Assembly: GCA_043228905.1 (NCBI GenBank)
Contig: JBHGNT010000005.1
Coordinates: 13,392,001 to 13,456,000, forward strand
Source: Azolla caroliniana
Taxonomy: Eukaryota; Plantae; Polypodiophyta
Direction: 5' to 3'
Length of the DNA stretch: 64,000 nucleotides
The notes below the pieces were generated by a model. That model searched no databases. It worked only from the letters and a program-made list of their open reading frames with translations, and was not told the DNA's origin. Below are positions 49,076 to 61,397 of this stretch, piece after piece. Made by a program: the position numbers and the translations under genes. The stretch's first letter is position 1. Each line of letters starts with the position of its first letter.

Positions 49076-51643
49076 TATTAATCCTTAGGGCCGAACAATG
49101 GCCTAACACAGGGTGTCTCCGGAAGACACTCCACCAAAGGGGTGTTACGGTGAGATAACTTAAGACACAACGATTAATCCGACTTAATTGGCTACTTAGC
49201 AATAAGGCATTCACTTAATACACGTGTAAGATATAACAATTACTACAGAATGGTAATCAATACGTGAAGATAAAACAAGAAGCTTATATTAATTCTCCAT
49301 TAAAGTTTTACATTGTAACCGGGCCTTTATATAGGTCATCGGTGCTGCGTACAAAATGGTGCCAACCGGCACCTGTTCGAAACCTGTCCGGATCCGGATC
49401 GGCATACCGATTCCGGTCCGTTCGTTCACTACATAATTATAATCTATTCTACTTAATTAAAATATATTCCGAATAACCATCCCTTTCACATTCTGGTCTT
49501 TAACTCCTTTGCTGGCCGGGTAACACATGGCACGCCCGTGGGACAATACCTTGTACGTCGAATCCCACTATCCGGCCCTTAGCCTTCGTCCAAGATATCC
49601 AGAATACTCTGCTCCAGGGTATCCAATGGTTGTTCGGAACTCTGTTGTTGTTGTTGTGGCTGTTGTTGTGGCTCCGGCTCCTCCGACTGTTACTCCTTAG
49701 ATGGCATCTGTTCGGCTTCCGGTACCGGCGGTTGTGGTGGTGATTCCTCCGTTAGCTGCTCCGCTGGATTTGACTCTGGTTGACTCACCCCGGCCTTGTC
49801 TCCGTCCGGTCCTTGCTCCGATGATGGCTCCTCATCGCTGAGGTTGACGGTTGTCACCTGCTTTGCTTCTTCTGCCCGTAGTCTGGTCCATTCATAGCTC
49901 TCAAACTGGATTTGAGCATCCAGCCGATCATCATCTAGTTGTGCTACAAGTTGTCGGACCATTACTAACTGTTCCTCCGCCAGAGTTACAAAATCCTCGG
50001 CTAACTCATCTTTTACGGCGACGAAGTCCTCCTTTGTTAGCATGTAGCAGTCGTCGCCATCCTTCTGCTGGTTTTCCGTGTCCACCCGTAGCAACTAGAG
50101 CTCGGTTGTGTGCTTTGCCGATTTGTCCCACCATTGCGCGGAGCTTTCGTCAATCAAGCGTTTGGTCTTGTTCCTCCATGCCTGGACAATGAATTGGATC
50201 CGCTCCAATCCCATCTTCGATTAGTCCTCCGCGGCTTGCCATTCGTCCTTCAACTGCTTGATGAGTGCCACCGTATCCACCTCCTGCTCCTAGTAATGTG
50301 ACAATTGGGTTTGATAGGTGTTCTGCAGCCTTTGCAATACCATTGTTGCTCTTTCCTTCTCTTCATAATGTTGTTTATGGAGCTCCATCCGTTCTTGCGC
50401 GGCTTCCTCTAGCAGCGTGGTTCTTTCAACTCGTTCCTCCGCTAGCGCCGTCTCAACTCGATGCACCTCCTGCTGAAGCTCTGCCATCTTCTCCTGTTGT
50501 TTCTTATGCTCCGTATCCAGGTGCTTGTAGTCCCGGTGCAGGTGCTCAAAATCATCAGTCTTCTGCTTCAACTTTTGGTTCAGTTGCCGGCGAGCGCGGT
50601 CTTCCTGATCCTTCTATTGACGGAGTTCTTCTTTCAGTCTTTTGATCTCTGTTTCCGCCATTCATCGCAGCTTCTCCTTTTCTTGCAACGCCTTCTCTTT
50701 CTCCTCCTTCAGCCGGTCATAGGCTTGATGTCCTTTCCGTAGATTCTCTTCTGCCCGGCGGAGGTTCTCAACAGTCTTTCATTGGTCGCATCATCCAGCC
50801 CGTTCCTCCGCTAGTGCCGTCTCAACTCGATGCACCTCCTGCCGAAGCTCTGCCATCTTCTCCTGTTGTTTCTTTTGCTCCGTATCCAGGTGCTTGTAGT
50901 CCCGGTGTAGGTGCTCAAAATCATTGGTCTTCTGCTTCAACTTTTGGTTGAGTTGCCGGCGAGTGCGGTCTTCCCGATCCTTCTGTTGACGGAGTTCTTC
51001 TTTCGATCTCTGTTTCCGCCATTCATCGCAGCTTCTCCTTTTCTTGCAGCGCCTTCTCTTTCTCCTCCTTCAGCCAGTCATAAGCCTGATGTCCTTTCCG
51101 TAGATTCTCTTCTGCCCGGTGGAGGTTCTCAGTAGTCTTTCATTGGTCGCGTCATCCATTCCCGCCGATGTTCGCTACGATTGTGCAGGAATCGTGGTCG
51201 CCAAAAACTGTGTTAATCCTTAGGGCCGGACAATGGCCTAACATAGGGTGTCTCCAGAAGACACTTCACCAAAGGACTTCACCAAAGGGGTGTTATGGTG
51301 AGATAACTTAAGACACAACGATTAATCCAACTTAATTGGCTACTTAGCAATAAGGCATTCACTTAATACACGCGTAAGATATAACAATTACTACAGAACG
51401 GTAATCAATACGTGAAGATAAAACAAGGAGCTTATATTAATTCTCCATTAAAGTTTTACATTGTAACCGGGCCTTTATATAGGTCACTGGTGCTGCGTAC
51501 AAAACAGTGCCAACCGGCACCTGTTCGGAACCGGTCCGTCCGTTCACTACATAATTATAATCTATTCTACTTAATTAAAATATATTCCGAATAACCATCC
51601 CTTTCACATTCTGGTCTTTAATTCCTTTGTCGGCCGGGTAACA
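49076..51643 (-). mobile_element. Non-autonomous 2.57-kb Gypsy derivative D (LTRs 51211-51643 and 49076-49525), no gag-pol
   Basis: TSD GAGTC at 49071-49075 and 51644-51648 (single copy in the uninterrupted LTR near 60790). PBS TGGCGACCACGAT (minus, 51191-51203). The interior is part of the coiled-coil ORF, with a roughly 365-bp tandem duplication (50432-51158). Confidence 0.95.
49528..49568 (-). other. tRNA-3'-end-like module (inverted PBS) in place of the PPT, element D
   Basis: Minus strand GTGGG-ATTCG-ACGTACAAGGTATTGT-CCCAC-GGGCGT-G-CCA, then 2 nt, then the LTR. The plus strand reads LTR...TAACA-CA-TGGCACGCCCGTGGGAC. Confidence 0.85.
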
Positions 51644-53379
51644 GAGTCTATGGGCTCCTGTGGTTTTTCCCTATTAGGGTTTTCCACGTAAACATCCTGT
51701 GTACTCTCTATTGAATCGTGTGTATACGTGCGTTCACTCTCTATTTCCCATTTCTATGTTTCATTCTCATTGAAGTGATTCAAGGCTTGGTTGTGGTCGA
51801 GCAATATTCCGCGTTGTTCTCTTCAAATTGGTATCAAAGCGAACAACACAAGAAATGGAAGAATCATTCAACGGCATATCCAAGCTTACCGGCTCCAACT
51901 ACTCAGTGTGGAAGTCGAAGATGAGGGATATGCTGGTGGTTAAAGATCTTTGGTTGCCGGTTCAGTTCGGGGACAAGAGATTGGATAAGATCGACGCCAC
52001 AGTGTGGGAGGTGATGCACATGAAGATGACGGCATACATCCGTTGCTTCATCGACATGAGCCTGTACAACAACTTCAATGAAAAGAGCAAGGCACATGAA
52101 CTTTGGGAGAAGATCGGCATCATGTTCCAGAACAAGAATGCCGTTAATAGGGTTTCGGTATTCTGGAAGCTAGTGAGGCTCCAATACCAGGATGACTATA
52201 GTATGGCAGAGCACATGAATGGCTTCCAGGGACTGATACATCAAGCCACCTCATTGGAAGTACCTCTCCCCGATGAGGTACTTGCATTACCCCTACTTGG
52301 TTCCCTCCCGAATAGTTGGGAGACACTAGTTGTCACGTTGGGCAATGCCGGGCTGGAAGGAAAACAGTTGTCCCTAGCAAGGGTAAAATCAATCTTGCTA
52401 GATGAAGAAGCTCACCGAAAGGACCGGGAGTCCAAAACTGACCCGAAGGCCTTGGTCATGGAAGATGACCACAACCGGGCAAGAGGCAGGTATCGGAGTC
52501 CCCAAAACCGGGACAAATCGGGGACGAGGTCGAAGTCAAGGGGGAGGCTTACGCGCTTCTACTGTGGGAAGCCGGGGCACTTTTAGAAGAACTGTCGGCA
52601 TTTCCGGAAAGAGAAAGGAACCGATAGTGCCGATTCGAAGAAGGGTTCGGATTGGAAAGGCTCGGATCGGAAGGGAACGTCCACAATCGCGACAAGTGAA
52701 GAAGAACTGATGCTCATTACCAAGGAGAATGAGTTAAACCTTGTCGGCGACGAGATAACGTGGGTTGTCGATTCCAGAGCATCATTCCACCTGACACCGG
52801 ATCGAAAATGCTTCTCATCTTACACAGCCTGTGATCATGGTTGTGTCTGAATGGGGAATGAAGGTACATGCCGAATTATCGACATAGGAGATGTGTTGTT
52901 GAGGACATCAACCGGATGCAAGTTGATGTTAAAGGATGTCCAACACATTCTGGAGGTTTGATTGAACCTGATATAAGCCGGTCGGCTAGATGATGAAGGC
53001 TACACGGGTAGCATCCGGAATGGAGTTATGAAGTTCAGCAAAGGGAGCCTAATAGTGGCTCGAGCCTGGAAGGTCAACACACTGTACTTGATGCATGCCT
53101 GGATATGCCAGGAAGAAGTGAACGTGGCATCCGACACTGCTGGTGAGCTATGACACAAGAGACTATCATATGAGCTAGACGGGGATGAAAAGACTTGCCA
53201 AAGACAATCTCATTCCGGCGAAGGACGTGCAACTTGAGAAGTGCACCGATTTTCTTGCCGGCAAGCAAAACCAAACCTCCTTCCAGTCAAGACCACCAAT
53301 GAGACGGAATGCACAATTGGAGATGATGCATACCGATGTGTGTCAAGTGGACACGAAGTCACATGCCAAATCACAGTAC

Positions 53380-56300
53380 TATTAGGAAACAGGTCCCTCC
53401 GGATGGGAAGTGAGAAGAACAGTACTGATGAGCAAACTCGGCCGAGGCCGATAGGTCGAGGCCGAAACCGGATGTGGAGTACCCGGCTACGGAAGACCCG
53501 GTGAGAACCGGATGACGACTACCCGGCAAGAGCCGGATGATGCAGGCCCGGTGAGGAGTGCTCACCGGATGAAGGGACATATTCGTAAATATGTTTCGGA
53601 GAGTCCATCGGGGCTATATTTGTAAATAGCCGAAAAGTCATATTAGTATAAATATGACTTAGGGCAAACAGAGAACTGGATGATTGTTGTTGCTATTCTT
53701 GTTGGTGCAAGATTAGGGCGTGTAACTGTGTACAGAGAGAGAGAGGAAGAGGTTGTTGCCTCTGTTGTAACCGCCACCTGTGGCGAAGATAGAAAGCTCG
53801 AGGTCGTTGCTTCGGTGCTTTACTGTTGTACATTGTAACATAGTGATAGTTTGTAGCCTGTGGGCTGTCGTGGTTTTTTCCCTAGTTTGGGTTTTCCACG
53901 TAAACATCCTGTGTACTCTTCTCTTCATTGTGTCGTGCGTTCATTATCCATTTTCTGTGTTTGATCCTAGCCTCGGTTGTGGCCGAGCGTTGTGCTTAGG
54001 GAGCGTGTGTTCCTGTCAAAGTGGTATCAGAGCGAAATCGACACAGAAAATGGACGATTCTTTGGGAGGCATGTTCAAGCTCACCGGCTCCAACTATCCC
54101 GTGTGGAAGTCGAAGATGAGGGACATGCTCGTGGTTAAAGATCTTTGGTTGTCGGTTCAGTTCGGGGACAAGAGACCGGACAGGAATGACGCCGCGATAT
54201 GGGAGGTGATGCACATGAAGACAACAGTGTACATACAGTGCTTCATCGACATGAGCCTATACAACAACTTCAATGAAGAGAGCAAGGTTCATGAGCTTTG
54301 GGAGAAGATCGGCATTATGTTTCAGAACAAAAATGTTGTTAACCAGGTTTCGGTATTCCGGAAGCTAGTAAGACTCCGGTACCAAGATGGCTCCAGCATG
54401 GCGGAGCACATGAATGCCTTCCAGGGGCTGATCCACCAGGCAACATCATTGGAAGTACCTCTCGCCGATGAGGTACTAACGCTACTCCTGCTCGGTTCCC
54501 TCCCGGATAGCTGGGAGACGTTGGTTGTCACTTTGGGCAATGCCGGGCCGGAAGGGAAACGGTTATCCCTAGCAAGAGTGAAGTCGAGATTGCTAGATGA
54601 GGAGGTGCTTCGTAAAGATAAGGATACGAGCTCCGACTCCAAGGCGCTCCTTACCGAATCGAAACGCGGAAGACAAAGGAACCGTAGTCCCCAGAACCGG
54701 GAGAAGTCGGGGATACGGTCAAAGTCAAGGGGGAGGCCTACTTGCTTCTATTGCGGCAAGCTGGGACACTTCTAGAAGAACTGTCGGCACTTCCGAAAGG
54801 ACAAGGAAACCGACGGTACCGATTCAAAGCGGACACCGGACTGGAATGGTAAAGATCGGAGGGGGCCGGACCGAAAGGGAACGACGGCAATCGCGGCAAG
54901 TGAAGAAGAGTTGATGCTCATCACTGAGGAGAGTGAGCTAAACCTTGCCGGCGACGAGATGACCTGGGTGGTCGACTCCGGATCGCCGTTCCACCTTACC
55001 CTGGACCGGAAATGCTTCTCATCCTACTCAGCCGGTGATCACGGTTGTGTCCGGATGGGGAATGAAGGTACATGCCGAATTGTCGGCATAGGAGACATGT
55101 GGTTGACAACACCAACTGGATGCAAGCTGCTGCTGAAGGATGTCCGACACGTTCTGGAGGTTCGTTTGAACCTAATATCAACCGGTCGGCTAGATGATAA
55201 AGGCTACACGGGTAGCATCCGGAATGGTGTTATGAAGTTCAGCAAAGGAAGCCTGATTGTGGCTCGGGCCCGGAAGGTAAACACGTTGTACCTGATGAAT
55301 GCCCGGTTATGCGCGGAAGAAGTGAACGTGGCATCCGACACTGCCGATGAGCTGTGGCACAAAAGGCTGTGTCACATGAGTGAGAAGGGGATGAAGAGGC
55401 TTGCAGATGACAACCTCATTCCAATGAAGAACGTGCACTTGGAGAAGTGCACTGATTGTCTGGCCGGTAAACAAAACCAGACCTCCTTCCGACCAAGGCC
55501 ACCGATGAGATGTAATGCACCACTGGAGTTGGTGCATACTAATGTGTGTCAAGTGGACATGAAGTCACATGCAGGATCGCAGTACTTCGTGACATTCATA
55601 GATGACCACAGCCGGAAGCTGTGGGCCACACCGTTGAAGACGAAGGATCAGGTGTTATCCGTCTTCAAAGAGCTCCACGCGAGAGTGGAAAGAGAAACTG
55701 GCCGGAAGCTGAAGGCGGTTCGAGCAGATAACGGAGGAGAATACCGGGGGCAGTTCGAGGAGTACTGTCGCTCGAAGGGAATCTGGCTCGAATTTACCGT
55801 GCCGAAGACGTCGGAACTGAACGGGCTGGCCGAGAGGATGAACCGGACCATAATGGAGAGGGTCTGGAGTATGCTAGCGCATGCAAAATTACCCAAGACG
55901 TTTTGGGCTGAGGCACTGTCGACGACGACATATGTGATAAACAGATCACCCTCAGTACCTTTGGACGGAGACACGCCACAGAGAGTATGGACCAGTAAGG
56001 AAGTGTCCTACTGGCATCTGAAGGTGTTCGAGTGTCTCGCGCACGTGCATGTAGCTAAGGACCGGAGAGGAAAGTTAGATCCAAAGACCCGGCCATGCAT
56101 ATTCCTCGGTTACGGTAACGATGAGTTCGGCTACCGAGTGTGGGACCCGGTCGACAAGAAGGTATTCCGGAGACGAGATATTATCTTCATGGAGGACAAG
56201 ACGCTCGTCGACTGGGAGTCGGAGAAGAAGGTAATGAACTCTGAGTCGACCGGTAAGGATCGATTCTACGATGAGCAGACCCAACCGGCAAGAGACTGGT

Positions 56301-58299
56301 TAGCACTCGATGAACCCACCGGTTACGGTGAGGATACCGAACTGGTAGAAGAAGTAGTAGAGGAAGCTGAAACCGGAACCGACCAAGACCCCGAATCGGA
56401 TTCGGATGAAGATCAAATAGTGGAGCCAGTTGCCGAAGGCCAAAGACGGAGATATCCTCTCAGAGAGAGAAGGTCCCCCCGAAGATTTCCGGATGCAGAG
56501 CATGTACTACTGACCGATGAGGGAGAGCCAGAAAGCTTCGAAGAAGCGAGGGATGACACCCACAACCGCAAATGGTTAAGTGCCATGCAGGATGAGATGG
56601 ATTCCCTGCATGAGAACCATACGTACGAATTGGTGGAGTTGCCGAAAGGAAAGCGGGCACTCCGAAATAAGTGGGTGTACAAGTTGAAACCGGGAGATGC
56701 GGCAACCCCCCGAGATACAAAGCCAAGATCGTGGTGAAGGGGTTCCAGCAGAAGAAGGGCGTGGACTTCAACGAGATATTTGCCCCAGTAGTAAAGATGA
56801 CCTCCATCCGGACGGTGCTAAGTATAGCGGCAAGCATGGACCTCGAGGTAGAGCAGCTGGACGTGAAGACGACATTCCTTCACGGTGACCTTGAAGAGGA
56901 GATCTACATGCAGCAACCGGAAGGATTTGTGGAGAAAGGGAAGGAGCACCTAGTATGCCGGCTGAAGAAGAGCTTGTACGGACTAAAGCAGGCTCCCCCG
57001 ACAATGGTACCGGAAGTTCGACTCCTTCATGACAGATCAAGGGTACCACAAGACGCAGACCGATCACTGCGTGTTTGTGAAGAAGTTCGAAGGACGCGAC
57101 TTCCTGATACTCCTGTATGTGGACGACATGTTGATCATCGGACGGGACCATGCCAAAATATGGATGTTGAAGAAGGCTCTCAACCGGACCTTCTCAATGA
57201 AAGACTTGGGTACGGCAAGACAGATGTTGGGGATGCATATCATCCGGAACCGGCCAACAAAGCAATTGTGGTTGTCATAGGAGAGATGTACGTGACAAAG
57301 GTGCTTCAGCGGTTCAACATGTCAGATGCGAAACTGGTCGGATCGACACTTTCGACAAACTGCAGGTTATCCGGTAAGCAAAGCCTGAAGACGAAAGCAG
57401 GGAAGGCGGATATGATGAGGGTTCCATATGCCTCTGCTGTCGGGAGCTTAATGTACGCAATGGTGTGTACTCGACCGGATATTGGATACGCAGTCAGAGT
57501 GGTGAGCCGGTTTATGAGCAATCCCGGCAAGGAGCACTGGAACGCGGTCAAATGGATACTCCGATACTTGAAGGGCACTTCAAATATGTGTCTCTGATTC
57601 AGCTCTGGAAAACCTCAACTTGTCGGCTGATGTGGATACCAGTTGGTATACATCCGGGTATGTAATGACATATGTAGGGGGAGCTGTTTCATGGCAGTCA
57701 AGGCTGCAGAAGACGGTTGCGTTGTCAACCACGGAGGCGGAGTACATGGCGGTTGTGGAAGCGAGCAAGGAAATATTATGGATGAAGGACTTCATCGGAG
57801 AGCTCGGTATCCGACAAGATGAATACCGGCTCTATTGCGACAGTCAAAGTGCCATCCACCTTGCTAAGAATGCGGCCTACCATTCCCGGACGAAGCATAT
57901 CCAACGAAGGTATCACTGGATCCGGGAAAGAGTAGATGACCAGGAGTTCGCGTTAACGAAGATCCACACGGTCGAGAACGGGTCAGATATGCTGACCAAA
58001 GTACTAATACCCAACAAGCTGGATGCATGCCGGAAGCGGATCTGACTAGTAAGACATCCCATGCTAGAGTGAAGGGGGAGTTTGTTAGGAAACAGGTCCC
58101 TCCGGATGGGAAGTGAGAAGAACAATATTGATGAGCAAACTCGGCCGAGGCCGAAACCGGATGTGGAGTACCCGGCTACGGAAGACCCGATGAGAATCGG
58201 ATGACGGGTACCCAGCTACGGAAGACCCGGTGAGAACCGGATGAGGAGTACCCGGCAAGAGCCGGATGATGCAGGCCCGGTGAGGAGTGCTCACCGGAT
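53380..58299 (+). mobile_element. Copia 4, near-intact (5' LTR 53380-54018, PBS 54022-54033, PPT 58067-58080, 3' LTR 58083-58299 truncated)
   Basis: TGGTATCAGAGC and GAGTGAAGGGGGAG. Inserted in the Copia 3 integrase. A later deletion removed the LTR end and the adjoining Copia 3 integrase core. Confidence 0.92.
54050..58045 (+). pseudogene. Copia 4 gag-pol polyprotein (Tnt1-like)
   Basis: One frame 54050-56737 with a single TAG at 54773. WVVDSG, LWHKRLCH, FIDDHSR, DNGGEY, YVDD, STTEAEY, TKHI. Frameshifts in RT. Confidence 0.92.
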
Positions 58300-58889
58300 C
58301 ATGGAGACACACCGCAAAGAGTGTGGACCGGTAAGGACGTATCCTACCGGCATCTAAAGGTGTTCAGATGTCTCTCTTACATGCATGTGGTGAAGGACAA
58401 GAGAGCAAAGATGGATCCGAAGTCCTAGCCATGCATATTCCTTGGATACGGCGATGATGAGTTTGGTCGATAAGAAGGTGTTCCGGAGTTGGGACATAGT
58501 CTTCATGAAGACAGGACCATTGCCGACTGGGAGTCAGAGAAGAAGGTGATGAACTCCGGATCGTCCAATGAAAACCGGCTTGAGGACACAAGGACTTACC
58601 CGGTTGAAAACCGGATGTTAGCCGGCAACTAGTTGACACTCGACGAACTGACCGGATGCGGACAAGAAACCGAACCGACCGAAGAAGAAGAAGAAGAAGA
58701 CACTGGAACTAGACAAGATCCCGAATCGGATTCGGATTCAAAATAAATGGAGGAACCGGTAGCCAGAAACCAAGGACAGAGATATCCTCTCCGAGAGAGA
58801 AGAGCCCCCCGGAGATTTCTGGATGCAGAGCATGTGTTGCTAACCGATGAGGGGGAGTTGGAAAGCTACGAAGATGCAAAGAGAGACAC

Positions 58890-58927
58890 CCACACGTATG
58901 AACTGACAGAGTTTAGGGTTTAGGGTT
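58890..58927 (+). repeat. Filler DNA: 24-bp local duplication plus (TTTAGGG)2 telomere repeat
   Basis: 58890-58913 equals 58967-58990. TTTAGGGTTTAGGGTT at 58912-58927. Absent from the homologous site of Copia 4 (about 56557-56580). Confidence 0.85.
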
Positions 58928-61397
58928 GAGTGTCATGTAGGATGAGATGGATTCCTTGCATGAGAACCACACGTATGAACTGACAGAGTTGCCGAAAGGG
59001 AAGAGAGCACTCCGGAACAAGTTGGTTTACAAGCTAAAACTGGGAGATGCCGGAAATCCACCAAGGTATAAGGCCTGAATCGTGGTGAAGAGCTTCCGGC
59101 AAAAGAAAGTAGTGGACTTCGATAAGATCTTTGCCCCGGTAGTAAAGATGACATCCATCCGGATGGTATTGGGCATAGCGGCAAGCATGGACCTCGAGGT
59201 AGAGCAACTGGACGTCAAGACAACATTCCTCCATGGTGACCTTGAATAGGAGATCTACATGCATCAACTGGAAGGATTTGAAAGGAAAGGGAAGGAGCAC
59301 CTGGTGCGCTGGCTGAAGAAGAGCCTATACGGACTGAAGCAAGCCCCCGACAATGGTATCGGAAGTTGAACTCCTTCATGACAGACCAAGGGTACCGCAA
59401 GACGGAGGCCGATCACTGCGTGTTTGTGAAGAAATTTGACGGAGGAGATTTCTTGGTACTCCTATATGTGGATGATATGTTGATCGTCGGACGAGACCAA
59501 GGCAAGATTCGGATGCTTAAGAAGGCTCTGAACCGGACCTTCTCAATGAAAGACTTGGGTCTGGCAAGACTAATATTGGGAGTGCACATCATCCAAGACC
59601 GATCGAAGAAGTTGTTGTGGTTGTCACAAGAGAAGTACGTGACAAAGGTACTTCAACAATTCAACATGTCGGAGGCGAAACCGGTCGGATCGACACTTCC
59701 GGCAAACTGCAAGCTATCCGGAAAATAAAGCTCGAGGACAAAGGCGGAGAAGAAGGATATGATAAAGATTCCATATGCCTTAGTAGTCAGAAGCTTGATG
59801 TACACGATGGTATGTACTCGGCCGGATATTGGATATGCTGTCAGAGTGGTGAGCCAATTCAAGAGCAATCCCGAAAGAGAGCACTGGAACGCGGTCAAGT
59901 GGATACTCCGGTATTTGAAAGGCACCTCGAGCATGTGCCTCTGATTCGGCTCTGGTAATCTCCAACTTAATGGATTCATGGATTCAGATATGTCGGCTGA
60001 TGCGGATACCAACCGGTCGACATCCAGATATCTCGTGACTTATGCAAGGGGAGTTGTTTCATGGCAGTCAAGGTTGTAGAAGACAATTGCATTGTCAACC
60101 ATGGAGGCGGAGCGGAGTACATGGCAGCTGTAGAAGCCGACAAAGAGATAATCTAGATGAAGGACTTCATTGGAGAGCTAGGGATCCAACAAGAGGAATA
60201 TTGGCTCTACTACGACAGTAAAAGTGCCATCCACCTTGCAAAGAATACGACCAACCATTCCCAGATGAAACATGTCCAGCGGAGGTACCACTGGATCCGG
60301 GAAAGAGTAGAAGATCAAGAGTTCGTGCTAACCAAGATCCACATGGAGGAGAACGGGTCGGATATGTTGACCAAGGTGTTGACAACAAACAAGTTGGACG
60401 CATGCCGAAAGCGGATCGGGCTTGCGAGACATCCCATGCCGGAGTGAAGGGGGAGATTGTTGGGAAATCGGTCCCTCCGGATGGGATCCGGTTATGAATG
60501 AAGAGGACCTGGTGAGAACCGAAAGAGAAGACATATTTGTAAATATGTTTTGAGTAAGCCTATTGAGGCTATATTTGTAAATAGCCCTAATTTCATATAA
60601 GTATAAATATGACTTAGGGCAATCACTCTGTAAGTGTTATGAATGTTGTCATATTGTTGTATGTATAACTGTTGTATAGAGCAAGTGATAGAACAGTTTC
60701 TGGTTTAACCGTCGCTTGCTGACTAAACAGAGCTGGAGGTTGTTGCCTCCAAGTCTCTGATTGTACATTTCTCAAATAGTGATAGTTCGGAGTCTGTGGG
60801 CTCCCATGGTTTTTCCCTATTAGGGTTTTTCCACGTAAACATCCTGTGTACTCTCTATCGAATCGTGTGTGTACGTGAGTTCACTCTCTATTTCCCGTTT
60901 CTGTGTTTCATTCTCATTGAAGTGATTCAAGGGTCGATTGTGGCCTAGCAATATTCCACCGATGCAGGCGAACCAAAAATATATGAAAAAACTATGGCCA
61001 CACCGGACGTCGACACATGGCTACAAGCCATGAAATTCGAAATGGACTCGATTCACAAGAATCTGACATGGGAGCTGGTTGAACTACCACCTGGAAGAAA
61101 GCCGTTACCTTGCAAATGGGTCTTCCGATACAAATATGTATGTGCAAAGGGTTGAAACAAGAACATGGGGTCGACTAGGACGAGATATTCTCATCAGTAG
61201 TCATGATGACCACCCTCCGATTCTTATTAGTAGTTGTGGTGAGAGAAGATCTAGAGCTCGAGCAAAGGGACGTAAAGACGACATCCCGACACGGAGATCT
61301 GGAAGAAGACATTTACATGTCTCAACCGGCAGGCTTCATGGCAATGAGGGAGGAAAGTCACCTCGTACGTCGACTAAAGAAAAGCCTCTATGGCTTG

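Larger units (their letters stand above)
48679..60957 (+). mobile_element. Copia 3 (5' LTR 48679-51825 split by element D, PBS 51829-51840, PPT 60441-60456, 3' LTR 60458-60957 slightly clipped)
   Basis: Paired LTRs starting TGTTGGGAAATCGGTCC. TGGTATCAAAGC. Degenerate gag-pol at 51855-53379 and 58300-60447. GGAGTGAAGGGGGAGA. Confidence 0.9.
45871..61397 (+). mobile_element. Copia 2 (partial LTR to 46103, PBS 46107-46118, gag from 46130), host of Copia 3 and Copia 5
   Basis: TGGTATGAGAGC. The frame SLDYVNY|TDAGEPK is continuous from 48678 to 60958. RT continues to KKSLYGL at 61397, where Copia 5 is inserted. Confidence 0.85.

Noticed and set aside
49528-49544. Reading element D as plus-oriented with this site as its ordinary PBS
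   Set aside because: The LTR TATA box, the ORF strand and homology with element A (where pol fixes the orientation) all indicate minus. Flipping it would still leave a PBS rather than a PPT at the other end.
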